64,000 nt of DNA from an uncultured Gemmatimonadaceae bacterium (GTDB taxonomy: Bacteria; Gemmatimonadota; Gemmatimonadetes; Gemmatimonadales; Gemmatimonadaceae): NCBI GenBank assembly GCA_963761305.1, contig CAVXGK010000002.1, positions 1,056,001 through 1,120,000 of the forward strand, written 5' to 3'. The position numbers and the translations under genes were made by a program. Below the pieces are notes generated by a model that was not told the DNA's origin, did not search any database, and saw only the letters and a list, made by a program, of their open reading frames with translations. This document shows, in pieces, positions 49,987 through 60,597 of this stretch (its first letter is position 1; the number at the start of each line of letters is the position of its first letter).

Positions 49987-51417
49987 GTGCACACCACGCC
50001 GGCATTCCTCGGCTCGCTGTACTACATCAGCGAGTGGGCCGTTCGCCTCGTCATGCTCGTCTATGTTCCCCAGCGGCGCACTGCGGCAGCGACGCGTACC
50101 TGGCTTCTGTTGATCTTTCTCCTGCCCTGGCCGGGCCTCGTCATCTACGCGTTGTTCGGACGCATACGCGTCCCGCACCTTCGTCGTGAGAAACAGGCGC
50201 GCGCCTCGCAAATCGTTCGCCGCGAACAGGCGAAACGTCTTGCTGCCCACTCCACCCTCGCCGTCGTTCCATCCGCCTACGCCGGCGCCGCGAGGCTGGC
50301 CTTCGAGCTCGGCGACTTCGTGCCCCTTGCTGGAAACCGCATCGAGCTTTTCGCCGAGTATGCGGGATGGATTGCGAGGCTGATCGCTGACATCGATCAC
50401 GCTCGAACCCATGTTCATTTGCTGTTCTACATCTTTGCGGACGACGCCACGGGGCTGAGCGTGGCCGACGCGTTGGCGCGGGCGGCGAGTCGCGGCGTCA
50501 CGTGCCGCGTGCTGATCGATGCCGTAGGCGGCGAGCGCGGACTCGCGCGTCTCGGTCCGCGCTTGCGCGCGGCCGGCGTGGAAGTCAAAGCAACGCTTCC
50601 GGTCGGACTGTTTCGCCGAAGCGCCGGCCGCTTCGATCTTCGAAATCACCGCAAGATCGCCGTCATCGACGGGCGCCTCGGCTACACCGGGTCGCAGAAC
50701 ATCGTCGATCCCAATTTTCTGCCCGATTACCCAAACGAAGAGCTCATGGCGGGAGTTGAGGGTCCCGTCGTCGCGCAGTTGGAGGCCGTGTTCTTGATCG
50801 ATTGGTTCCTGGAGACCAACCAGCGACTCGACTTCGGTTTGGTCGTCGCCCCTGCGGCCGTCGCGGGCGCCACGGCCGCCCAGGTGCTACCGAGTGGGCC
50901 AGGGTATCCACGGGAAAACACGCGCGACCTCTTCATCACGCTTCTCTACGCCGCGCGCACGCGCGTCGTCATCACAACCCCGTATTTCATTCCCGACGAG
51001 CCGTTTCTCCAGGCCATCCGGACGGCGGCGGCACGTGGGGTCGCGGTGCACCTGGTCGTGTCGAAAAACGCCAACCAGCCGATCAGTCAATTCGCGCAAC
51101 GCGCGTATTACGAAGACCTGTTGGCCGCGGGCGTGCACATTCATCTCTACCGCCCGCGCTTTCTCCACGCGAAACACATCAGCATCGACGACCAGGTGGC
51201 CGTGTTCGGCTCGACCAACATCGACATCCGTTCGTTCGCATTGAATGCCGAGGCCAGCCTCGTCGCGTTTGATCCCGCGGTCGTTGGGGACCTCGTTCGT
51301 GTTCAGGAGCGCTACTTCGCCAACAGCGACCTCCTCGACGCACAGGAGTGGAGCCGCCGCCCGCTCGCCGCGAAGGTAGCGCAGAACGTCGCGCGCCTTG
51401 CCGACTCGCTTCTGTGA
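49987..51417 (+). CDS. cls: Cardiolipin synthase
   Basis: N-terminal TM pair, two HKD motifs (NHRKIAVID, LHAKHISID), PSGP, TPYF-x-PD. Confidence 0.92.
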   Translation: MHTTPAFLGSLYYISEWAVRLVMLVYVPQRRTAAATRTWLLLIFLLPWPGLVIYALFGRIRVPHLRREKQARASQIVRREQAKRLAAHSTLAVVPSAYAGAARLAFELGDFVPLAGNRIELFAEYAGWIARLIADIDHARTHVHLLFYIFADDATGLSVADALARAASRGVTCRVLIDAVGGERGLARLGPRLRAAGVEVKATLPVGLFRRSAGRFDLRNHRKIAVIDGRLGYTGSQNIVDPNFLPDYPNEELMAGVEGPVVAQLEAVFLIDWFLETNQRLDFGLVVAPAAVAGATAAQVLPSGPGYPRENTRDLFITLLYAARTRVVITTPYFIPDEPFLQAIRTAAARGVAVHLVVSKNANQPISQFAQRAYYEDLLAAGVHIHLYRPRFLHAKHISIDDQVAVFGSTNIDIRSFALNAEASLVAFDPAVVGDLVRVQERYFANSDLLDAQEWSRRPLAAKVAQNVARLADSLL

Positions 51418-51426
51418 ATGGACGAA

Positions 51427-51501
51427 CCGGGCGGGTCGAAAGACGTAAATGTCGGGATGATGCGACCGTCCTCGTTTACCATAGTGGCGGCCTGCCGCGG
51501 C
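51427..51501 (+). promoter_or_regulatory. Putative ECF promoter block, paralog of 36616-36690
   Basis: AAATGTCGGG(51447)-N15-TCGTTT(51472). Confidence 0.65.
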
Positions 51502-51588
51502 GGTAACTCGCCGGGCGCGGCGTGGGCGCGTCGTAGCCATCGAGGTGCGCAAATCCTGCGCGCCCGAGGATAGCGTCCAGGAGAGCAC

Positions 51589-52986
51589 GTGCCTCGTGTT
51601 CGGACACCCAAACTGATTTCGGCGCTGGGCATTTTCGTCGCTGCCGGCTGTGGCCACGGGACGGATTCGACAAGCCCGAACGCGGTCCCGACAACACCCG
51701 CTGCGCCGGCCGTCCCGACCCGCGCAAGCGCCTTCGGACTGGCCTTCACCGTACAGCCGACGCCCGCCTTCGTCGGAGTGCCGATCAACCCGCCCATCCA
51801 GATCGCCGTCAAGGACAGCCTCGGCACGACCGTCACCACGCCCGTCAGCGTGACGATCGCGCTCGCACCCGGAGGGACTGGGTCGCTTCAGGGAACTCTG
51901 ATCGCTGTCGCGGTGAATGGCGTCGCCACCTTCTCCGACCTCACGCCCACCGCAACCGGCTCCCACCGGCTGGTCGCGACGGCCACTGGACTGCGCGCCG
52001 ACACAAGCGCGGCGTTCGGTGTGGACACCTTGGATACGTCGTCGGACCGCATCGCGTTCGTGCAGAGTGCCCAGAGCCGCTACGAGAACGTGCCATCGTC
52101 CGTCGTAGTGATGAACGTCGACGGCTCGGACCTGCGGACGATCTACGCGGGCGGGGCCCTCGGCCACCCGCGCTGGTCGCCCGACGGCCGCAAGCTCGTC
52201 TTCTCAGGCCAGTTCACAGCGCCGGCCCCGTCGAGCCCGTGTTGGTGGAACGACGTCACGTGCCAGCTGAAGATCTTCGTTGCCAATCCTGACGGGCCGG
52301 AAGGCCTGGCGCATCTCACGGATAGTCTGTCGTGGAACTCGGCCGATCCCGAGTGGTCGCCCGACGGCTCCAGAATCGCCTTTACCTACCGGTTCGACGA
52401 GATTGACGACACGTACTCGATCGAGGTGATGAACGCCGATGGCTCCAACAAGAGCCGCGTCGCGTACCCTTCGAACTGGCTAACGGATTTGTACATGGCG
52501 CCGACGTGGTCGCCGGATGGCCGGTCGCTCGCGTTCGAGTTCATGTCGGTCGCCAACGATGGCACAGCCATGTCGCAGATCCTGATCACGGACCTGTCGG
52601 GATCGGGGCTCCGCACGCTGGTTCCGGCCTTTGCAACGGTCTTCCAGTGGTCCGCATCCGGTGAGTCCGGGCCCGAATGGTCGCCGGACGGTAGCCGCGT
52701 GCTTTTTCGCGACAACCGCGGGCTGGCGATGGCTCCACTCGACGGCTCGGCCATCACCCAGTTGACCACCGACGCCACGGACGGCATGGCGAGCTGGACG
52801 CCTCAGGGACGCATCCTCTTTACACGGGTGGTCGGCGGCGTGTCCCGAATCCATATGATGAATGCGGACGGCAGCGGCGTGGTCATGTTGCCCCAGCCGG
52901 CGGGCAACAACTACTGGCCGTCGTGGGCGCCTATGCGCGCCACAGCGGCGGTGAGCACGAGCGTCTCGCGGTCATCGCGGCCTTGA
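51589..52986 (+). CDS. Lipoprotein with Ig-like domain and TolB/PD40 beta-propeller
   Basis: VAAGC lipobox, LAFTVQP..NGVATFSDL, repeated P-x-WSPDG. Confidence 0.85.
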   Translation: MPRVRTPKLISALGIFVAAGCGHGTDSTSPNAVPTTPAAPAVPTRASAFGLAFTVQPTPAFVGVPINPPIQIAVKDSLGTTVTTPVSVTIALAPGGTGSLQGTLIAVAVNGVATFSDLTPTATGSHRLVATATGLRADTSAAFGVDTLDTSSDRIAFVQSAQSRYENVPSSVVVMNVDGSDLRTIYAGGALGHPRWSPDGRKLVFSGQFTAPAPSSPCWWNDVTCQLKIFVANPDGPEGLAHLTDSLSWNSADPEWSPDGSRIAFTYRFDEIDDTYSIEVMNADGSNKSRVAYPSNWLTDLYMAPTWSPDGRSLAFEFMSVANDGTAMSQILITDLSGSGLRTLVPAFATVFQWSASGESGPEWSPDGSRVLFRDNRGLAMAPLDGSAITQLTTDATDGMASWTPQGRILFTRVVGGVSRIHMMNADGSGVVMLPQPAGNNYWPSWAPMRATAAVSTSVSRSSRP

Positions 52987-53011
52987 GCGTTCGCTCTTTT
53001 CGCTTGCCACG

Positions 53012-55451
53012 TCACTCGCCCTCACGAAGGGCGCGAGCCGGATCGATCCTGCTCGCGCGGTGTGCCGGCAGATACGCCGCCACGGCGCCGATCCCCAGCA
53101 GCACCGCGCACGCGACGCCGAGCGACAGTGGATCCGTCGCGCTGACGTCGTAGAGAAGTGCGCCGAGCAGATGCGACGTGGCCAGCGCGACGACCAGTCC
53201 GATCGCCGCGCCGCTCGTCGTGACGATCGCGGCGCGCGCCAGAACCGCGCGCCGCACCACCGATGCCGTCGCGCCGAGCGCGATGCGGATGCCGATCTCC
53301 CGCGTCTGCTCGCGCACAAGCGATGACATGACGCCATAGAGCCCGATCGACGCGAGCAGCAGCGCAACGAGACCAAACGTCGACATCAGGAGCGCGCTCA
53401 CGCGCGGCTCGGCCAGTGGGCGATCGAGCAGCTCGCCCATCGTCCGCGCGTTAAACAGCGTGAGCCCGGGGTCGGCATCGCGCACGGCGGCGCGCAGCGC
53501 CGGAAGCAACGTCGCCAGCGGCACGGGGCTGCGAAGGGCGAACGACCCTTGCCAGGTGCCTTGACCGATCGGGAAGTAGACGATCGGTGTCGTCTCCCGC
53601 ACGTTGCGCAATCGCGAATCGTGCGCCACCCCGACGACAGTGCGCCAGCCGTTGGCGCCGACAATGTCCGCCTCCTGCGCCGCCGGCAATCGCACGCGTT
53701 TTCCGATCGCGTCCTCGCCGGGCCACATCCGTCGCGCGAACGATTCGCTCACGATGAGGACGAGGGGCGCGCTCGCATCGTCGCTGATCCGTGAATGCGC
53801 GGCCTTTCGCGAGCTGTACGCCGAACGTCTTGAAGAAACCGGCGCCGACGATGTCGGCCGGCAGCGTGGGGTTCGACCGCCATTCCGCTCCGTGCTGCTC
53901 CGCTTTCTCGAGTCGGATCTGCCACACGCCCGTGCCCATCAACGGCTGCAACACGAGCGGCGTGGCCGCCGTCACGCCGGGAACCTGTTCGAGACGCAGC
54001 TCGAGACGGTGGGCGAGCTTGGCGCTCGCCGGCCCGATCGCGTCGCGAGTGATGTCCCACGTCACGTCCAGGATGGCCAGATGATCGCTCACGTAGCCGG
54101 GATCGTCGCCTTCGAGGCGTTCGAGACTTCTCGCGAGCAATGTCGAACCGCCGAGCATCACCATCGCCAACGCGACCTGTGCGGCGACGAGGGTTTGGCG
54201 AGCCATGCGTCGCCGCCGCGTCTCGCGCCCCCCGCGCGCGTCGAGCCGGAGCGTTGAGCCGAAGCTGCCACGCGCCGCGAACAGCGCCGGCATCAGCCCG
54301 AATATCAGCACTGCGAGCGCCGACACAGCGATCGCGCCGACGATTGGAGCCCCCGCGAGCCGGATCTCGTCGAGCCGCGGCACATTGGGCGGCGCGATCA
54401 GTGGAACGGCACGCACGAGCGCCGCGGCAACGAGCAGCCCGGCGACGCCGCCGCCCACGGCGAGCAGCACCGCTTCGACCAACAACTGCTGGACGACATT
54501 GCCATAGGTGGCGCCGAGCGCTCGCCGAACGGCGAGCTCGCGCGTGCGGCCGGAGGCGCGAAGCAGCAGGAGGTTGCCGACGTTGATGCACGCGATGAGG
54601 AGCAGCAGCGCCGCCGCCGCCGTGAGCAGCGCGACGATCGGCTTGACGTTCCCGACCACGGCGTTGGTGAACGTTTCGGCGTGCGCGCCGGTGGCGCGCA
54701 ACAGCGGAGCCGTGCGGTTCGAGCTGGCGAGATACTCGTTGCGCGCCGCCGCCAGTGAGCTGGTTCGGGCGAGGCGGCCGACGACGAACACCGACGTGTA
54801 CGATCGCCAGCCGCCGACGATCGGGATCCAGACATCCGTGTTTATCGGATAGTCGAGGCCCGGCGGCGCGACGCCGACGATGGTATAGGTCCAGCCGGTC
54901 AGCCCGTCGGCCAGATGTCGTCCAACCACCGCCGAGTCGCCGCCAAAATTGCCTTGCCACGTGTGGTAGCTCAACACGATGCTTCTCGAGACGCTCGGGC
55001 CATAGCTGACCGTGTCGGTGACGTCGTCGTCGCTCGACCGAAGCAATCGGCCGACCACGGCCCGCGCGCCAAGCACGTCGAAGAAGTTGCCGGTCACGTA
55101 CGCGTTGTTGAGGTTCAACGCGCGATCGCCGTCGCGAATGGCGCCCGGCGCGGCTCCCCAGTGCGCGACGCCGGCGATGTCGGTCATCGTCCGCGACGAC
55201 CGGCGGAGATCACCGAGCTCGCGCGGGTCGAGCGCGAAATCGGTGGACGGCTCCCGATACGTCCACATCACCGCGACGCGGTCCTGGTCCGTCACCGGCA
55301 GCTTTCGAATCAGGACGGTGCGGAAGACGGTGAAGATCGCCACCGACATGCCGATGCCGAGCGCGAGAACGCCGATCGCCGTACAAAAAAACGCCGGCGA
55401 CGCGCGAAAGCCGCGCAGCGCGAGGCGAATGTCCAGCCGCAGCCGATCCAT
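53012..55451 (-). CDS. ADOP-type duplicated ABC permease, one frameshift near 53785
   Basis: LLLLIACINVGNLLL in one frame; REIGIRIALGA..RIDPARALREGE in the next. Confidence 0.88.
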
Positions 55452-55492
55452 GAAAGCTCCGAGCCATGAGTGCAAACAATCCAGACACGAGG

Positions 55493-55528
55493 CCCCCACC
55501 CCCACCCCCACCCCCACCCCCGCCCCCA
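55493..55528. repeat. (CCCCCA)n hexamer run
   Basis: Six C5 tracts read directly. Confidence 0.8.
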
Positions 55529-55577
55529 ACCAAAAACCCCGCGTAACCTTTGGCGCTTCTCTGCATATCTACTGGTG

Positions 55578-56093
55578 ATGCCTTCGTCGCACCACACCAA
55601 GCCAACGGACGAGCCGTCGAAGATCGGCTTCGCGGAGATCTACACGCGGCACGCGACCGACGTCTACCGGTTTGCTCTGCATCTCTCTGGAAATCGTGCG
55701 GACGCCGAGGACATCACATCCGAGGCGTTCGCACGTGCCCTGGCGTCGCCGCAAGCCATACGCACGGAGACGGTGCGGGCGTATCTGTTCACCATTGCCA
55801 GGCACTATCACCTCGAATCCCTTCGCAAGAGCGCCCGACAGGTCGCGCTCGACGATTCGCTCGAGGACACGAACCTCAAACCGAACGAGCGGGCAGAACA
55901 GGCAAGCGAGCTTGCTGCCGTCAATGCGGTGCTCCGGCGCATTTCGGTCACCGATCGCGCGGTGGTCAGCGTAGCCCTGGCGAACGCGTCGATGGGTGAT
56001 GCGGCCCGCGCCGACCAATGGTACGCGCTGGCGCAGGCGGCGGATTCGTTGAACACGCGGCTCTACGTCAATCGCGCGCTCACCCGGCCGTAG
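55578..56093 (+). pseudogene. ECF sigma factor truncated in region 4 with an unrelated tail
   Basis: Intact region 2 (DAEDITSEAF..YLFTIAR); no region-4 HTH after VLRRISVTDRAVV; upstream GTAACC...TATCTA ECF-like promoter. Confidence 0.65.
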
Positions 56094-56130
56094 CCGATCG
56101 CCGTCAGCCGCGAGCCGAGGCGTTTACCGC

Positions 56131-58563
56131 TTATCTAGGCGGCTTCGCCACGGGCCACACATTCTTTGCCGGGCATGCCTTGATCCCGTATCGATCCATC
56201 AGCTTGGCGAACCGCGGATTCGGTTTCAAGTAGTCGAACATCGGATCGCACGAGACGACGAGGGACGCGAAGACCGGTTCGCGGTGGTCGAAGCCCGTCT
56301 CGAGCGCCGTCATGGCGTCGTCGAAATCGGCATACGCGAAATCGATCAGCATTCGTGACAAACTCGGCGAGTTGTCACCCGGGTTCTTCCGCAGCGAGTC
56401 GCGCAGCGCTGCGGCCTCGCTCCAATGGCCGGCCAGCGCGTAGCTGAGCACAAGGAAGTCGGCCGAGCCGTACGTCTTTCCCAGGGCGTACCAGTTGCGC
56501 GAGGCGGCGAGCGCGCTGTCCGGCTTGTGCGTCGCGCTGTAGACGGAGAGGAGGTTCGACCATGAGAGTCCGGACGTCGGGTCGAGCTCGAGGGCGTGAT
56601 GCGCGAACGCGGTCGCCGAATCGTAGCGGCCCAACATGTAGTTGAAGTACTGAGCGTCGACCATGCTCTGGACCGACAGCGGATCCAATGCGAGCGCGCG
56701 TCGGATGATCTGGTTGGCCTCTTCGACCCGCCCGACCGCCGCGAGCGCGCCGGCGTAGTCCCCCAGGTATTCGGTGTTGTCCGGGTCCAAATCGGAGGCG
56801 CGCTTTTGCTCGGCCAGTGCCTCGTTGAATCGCAAATCGTTCGATAGCACGAACGCCCACGCGCTGTGGGCCGCCGCTGAGAGCGAGTCGAGGGCCAACG
56901 CGCGGCTCGCAAACTCTCGCACGCGAGCGTACGCCGTGTCGCTGCCCGCCGTGCCCGCGGATGCCAAGACGGTGTACGCCACGGCCGCCCCAGCGACCGC
57001 CCGCGCGAACTGCGGGTCTCGCGCGATCGCTTCCTTGTACGAGGCAATCGCCAGCTCGGGGTGTTGCCGATCCACGTAGTAGTTGCCTTTGAGAAACAGC
57101 TCGTACGCCCGCACGTCGTCCGTCCCGTGCCCGGAATGCTGCGGCGTCACGGCGGGCGACGACGAGACGCTTGGGCGCAACGCGGCGGCGATGGCGTGCG
57201 CCAACCCGTCCTGCACGGCGAACACGTCGCTCATCGTCGTGTCGTACGTCTTGGTGGCGATCGCCGCGCCGTCGGCCGCGCTCACCAGCTGCGTCCACAC
57301 ACGCAGACGGTCCACCGAGCGCGCGACGCGCCCGTGCAAGATCATCCCCGCACCGAGCGCCTTCCCCGCTTCTTGATCCGAAAGGTGCTTCGACTGCACG
57401 GCGAGCACCGACGCGCGGCCCACGATCTTCAGTCCGGCGTCTCCGAGCGCGGCCGAAAGCTCGTCGGTCATCCCATCGGCGAAATACGCCATCGAGGTAT
57501 CGCCGCTCGCGTTCTCGAACGGAAAGACGGCTACGGTCGTGAGCGTCGGCGCGGCACCGCGCCGCGGCGCGAGTACAATCGCGAGCGCCGCGATCGCCGC
57601 GATCCCGATTCCGCCAGCAATCCACTTCCATGGAAGGCCGCGCGCGGGCGCCGTCGTCGCGACGGCCGGTGGTGCCGTGAGCGGCGCCGTTCCTCCGCTC
57701 GGCGTCGTGACTTCGTCGAGCGCGTGCACGATCTCGGCGGCGGACTGTGGGCGGTCGGCTGGGCGCTTCTCGAGACAGCGCATCACGAGGATCGCGAGTC
57801 CTGACGGCAGATTCGCGCGTCGCGTCTGAATCGACTCCGGTGTCTCGGTGATATGCGCCGCCAGGAGCCCCTGCGGCGTGCGCCCCGCGAATGGCGGCTG
57901 GCCGGTGAGCGCCTCGTATGCAAGCACGCCGAACGCGTAGAGGTCCGCGCGGTGATCCACCGCTGGATCGGCGCTCGCCTGCTCCGGCGACATATAGGTT
58001 GGCGTGCCGAGCGCCACTCCGAGGGACGTGTGTCCGCTGTGCGTTGGCGTTCCCTCGTCCTGACTCGAGGCGCTGATCGCTTTCGCGATCCCAAAATCCG
58101 TGACCATGGCCGAACCGCCGGACAGCAGCACGTTGTCCGGCTTGATGTCGCGATGAACGACGCCGCGCTCGTGGGCGTACTGGAGCGCGCTCGCCACCTC
58201 GCGCAGCAGGCGAATCGCTTCGGCCAGGGGCAATTCGCCGTGACGCGCGAGTCGAGCGCGCAGCGATTCGCCCTCGACGAATGGCATCGTGAAGTACGGA
58301 AGGCCCTGGGCCTCCCCCGCGGTCAGCAGCGGTACGATGTGCGGGTGCTGGAGGCGAGCCGCGAGCGCAATCTCGCGTCGGAAACGCTCGATGCTCATCA
58401 CCGCGGCCGTCTCGGGCGGCAGCACCTTGACGACGACGCGACGGTTGAGCGCCACCTCCTCCGCGAGGAAGACGCGCGACATCCCGCCGCCGCTCAACTC
58501 GCGCGTGATCGTGTACGCGACGCCGAGGGCATCGCGCAATTGCTGCTGGAGGGGATCCGTCAT
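56131..58563 (-). CDS. Ser/Thr protein kinase with TM, TolB-N-like domain and TPRs
   Basis: GGGMSRVFLA, HRDIKPDN, DFGIAKA, GTPTYMSPEQ, VAVFPFEN..YFADGMTDEL. Confidence 0.93.
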   Translation of the reverse strand: MTDPLQQQLRDALGVAYTITRELSGGGMSRVFLAEEVALNRRVVVKVLPPETAAVMSIERFRREIALAARLQHPHIVPLLTAGEAQGLPYFTMPFVEGESLRARLARHGELPLAEAIRLLREVASALQYAHERGVVHRDIKPDNVLLSGGSAMVTDFGIAKAISASSQDEGTPTHSGHTSLGVALGTPTYMSPEQASADPAVDHRADLYAFGVLAYEALTGQPPFAGRTPQGLLAAHITETPESIQTRRANLPSGLAILVMRCLEKRPADRPQSAAEIVHALDEVTTPSGGTAPLTAPPAVATTAPARGLPWKWIAGGIGIAAIAALAIVLAPRRGAAPTLTTVAVFPFENASGDTSMAYFADGMTDELSAALGDAGLKIVGRASVLAVQSKHLSDQEAGKALGAGMILHGRVARSVDRLRVWTQLVSAADGAAIATKTYDTTMSDVFAVQDGLAHAIAAALRPSVSSSPAVTPQHSGHGTDDVRAYELFLKGNYYVDRQHPELAIASYKEAIARDPQFARAVAGAAVAYTVLASAGTAGSDTAYARVREFASRALALDSLSAAAHSAWAFVLSNDLRFNEALAEQKRASDLDPDNTEYLGDYAGALAAVGRVEEANQIIRRALALDPLSVQSMVDAQYFNYMLGRYDSATAFAHHALELDPTSGLSWSNLLSVYSATHKPDSALAASRNWYALGKTYGSADFLVLSYALAGHWSEAAALRDSLRKNPGDNSPSLSRMLIDFAYADFDDAMTALETGFDHREPVFASLVVSCDPMFDYLKPNPRFAKLMDRYGIKACPAKNVWPVAKPPR

Positions 58564-58809
58564 GCCGGCCGCTAAGGTAGGACAAGTACCTGGGCGAGTC
58601 CACACGCGGCCGCCTTCTGCGTAGGCGCAAGCCGGATTCTTGGGATGAGTCTTGCCGTTGAGCCGCGCTTCAAGGTGGCGGTGCTCCGACGCGCCCGGTC
58701 GTCCTCCGTCCGTGGCCACCAGGTGAACTTGCTGGTGTGGCCCGCGCCATGTCTCTTAGTGACCGAAGGTCCGCGTTTGCTCACGGTCCTGCGAAAAGGA
58801 TCGCTGCCA

Positions 58810-59838
58810 ATGTCCGAACCTGCGGTGAGTGGCGGAACATCCGAGGTCGAGTGGGAACTCGACTCGATGGCGATGCACGGCACCCTCGTCCGCCCGCCGG
58901 GAGGTGGACGCTTCCCCGGTGTCGTGTTCGTCGCCGGGAGCGGCCCCACCGATCGCGACTGGAACACGCCGCTCCTTCCGGGCACGAACGGCAGCGCGCG
59001 ACTGATTGCCGACGCTCTTTCGCGCGCGGGGTTCGCCTCGCTGCGCTATGACAAACGCGCTTCGGGACCGCACGCGCGTGAGAACGTCGAGCGGATGATC
59101 GGCAGGGTGAGCATGCAGAGCCATCTCGACGAACTCGCGGGCGCCGTTCGCGAACTCGTTCGCCGACCGTTCGTTCGCAGCGACCGAATCTTCGCACTGG
59201 CCAATAGCGAGGGGACGCTGCACGCGCTCAACTATCAGGTTCGCGAACCGAAGATTGCTCTCGCGGGACTCGTATTGATCGCGCCACCAGGCCGGAGTGT
59301 GGGCGACGTCGCGCGTTCACAGATCGCTGCGCAGACGGCGAGCCTCCCGAACGGCAGTGAAGTGATGGCGCTGTACGACGCGGCGATCACTCGATTCCTC
59401 GCAGCCGAGCCGGTCGCGGCCGACCCGTCGCTTCCAGCCGGCGTTCAGGCGTTGCTCGGGGGTCTCGCCGCGCCGGTCAACCTGCCCTTTGCTCGGGAAC
59501 TCTGGGCAGCGGATGGTGCGCCTCTACTCGCAGAAGTGAACGTCCCTGTACTGGTCGTCATCGGCAAGAAAGACATCCAGATCGATTGGCAGGCCGATGG
59601 CGAGCCGCTCGCGCGCGCGGCTCGAAACCGCTCGCGAGTTACGTTCCTGTTTCCAGAGCACGCGAACCATGTGCTCAAGCACGAGCCGAAGCCGCGCGCC
59701 GAGTTGAACGCGGCGCATGTGGTGGCGAGCTACAACGGTCCGGACGCGACGCTCGACTCGGACGCAATGGCGAGCATCGTCGAGTGGCTCATTTCCCACG
59801 CTAAAGAGGACGGTGCCCGCTCAAGAGAAGTGGTCTAA
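58810..59838 (+). CDS. Alpha/beta hydrolase
   Basis: AGSGPTDRD, LRYDKR, nucleophile elbow ANSEG, G-x-KD-x-Q, NHVLK. Confidence 0.85.
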   Translation: MSEPAVSGGTSEVEWELDSMAMHGTLVRPPGGGRFPGVVFVAGSGPTDRDWNTPLLPGTNGSARLIADALSRAGFASLRYDKRASGPHARENVERMIGRVSMQSHLDELAGAVRELVRRPFVRSDRIFALANSEGTLHALNYQVREPKIALAGLVLIAPPGRSVGDVARSQIAAQTASLPNGSEVMALYDAAITRFLAAEPVAADPSLPAGVQALLGGLAAPVNLPFARELWAADGAPLLAEVNVPVLVVIGKKDIQIDWQADGEPLARAARNRSRVTFLFPEHANHVLKHEPKPRAELNAAHVVASYNGPDATLDSDAMASIVEWLISHAKEDGARSREVV

Positions 59839-59847
59839 CCACGAGCA

Positions 59848-60225
59848 TCACCGGCCGGCCCCGCTCCGCACAGATTCTTGCGTCGGTCCATTGGACCAAA
59901 ACGTGACCAGCAGGCCGCCGACGACGATCAGCGTTCCGCCTACAACGATTGGAAATCTCGGGATCGCGCGGAACGTGAAGAAGCTGACGATCTGCCACAC
60001 CAAGAATAGTGTGGCGATATACAAACCCACTACGCGCTCGAATGGGATAGTGGTCAGGTTGACGGCGATGCCGTACCCAAGGAGGAGGGCCGCTCCTGCG
60101 GCCACCGCGGCTACTCGGTTTGTGCCCCCCTTGTCGAATAGGCCGATGCGCACGAGCGCATCGCCACTTGCTTCCATCGTTGTGGCAGCGACAAGAATTG
60201 CCCACACGCCGAGAAGTTTGAGCAT
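59848..60225 (-). CDS. YnfA/SMR-like small 4-TM protein
   Basis: E-x-x-GDA-x-x-R-x-GL, F-x-RVVG-x-YIA. Confidence 0.65.
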   Translation of the reverse strand: MLKLLGVWAILVAATTMEASGDALVRIGLFDKGGTNRVAAVAAGAALLLGYGIAVNLTTIPFERVVGLYIATLFLVWQIVSFFTFRAIPRFPIVVGGTLIVVGGLLVTFWSNGPTQESVRSGAGR

Positions 60226-60285
60226 GGTCACGTTGTGGTTGGCAGGTCAGGTCGCGACGGCGCTTAGCGGGCCGCTCTTTCCCAG

Positions 60286-60513
60286 TTACCGCTGACGCGG
60301 AAGGACATTCGACTGCTTGCGTCGATTGGCGATGCGCACGCTGACCGCACCGGTTGCCATCAGCCCGCCCGATGCAACGAGGCCGAGCTTCGCCAGCGCG
60401 ACGTTGATGATCCACGGCGCGCCAGACGGCCCATAGTGCCCCGCCATCGCAATCGCGACAGTCGCGCCGACACCCGCACCGAGGATCATGAACGCCTGAC
60501 CGAGACGCTTCAT
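60286..60513 (-). CDS. Small 2-TM membrane protein
   Basis: Two hydrophobic helices; TAGATT 7 nt before ATG. Confidence 0.6.
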   Translation of the reverse strand: MKRLGQAFMILGAGVGATVAIAMAGHYGPSGAPWIINVALAKLGLVASGGLMATGAVSVRIANRRKQSNVLPRQR

Positions 60514-60597
60514 GCACAGCAATCTACGGAGCGGCCTCGGCGGACGGAGCGGCGCCGATGGGGCCGGGGCTCGTGTGGGTCTCGCCGGCGCGCACGA

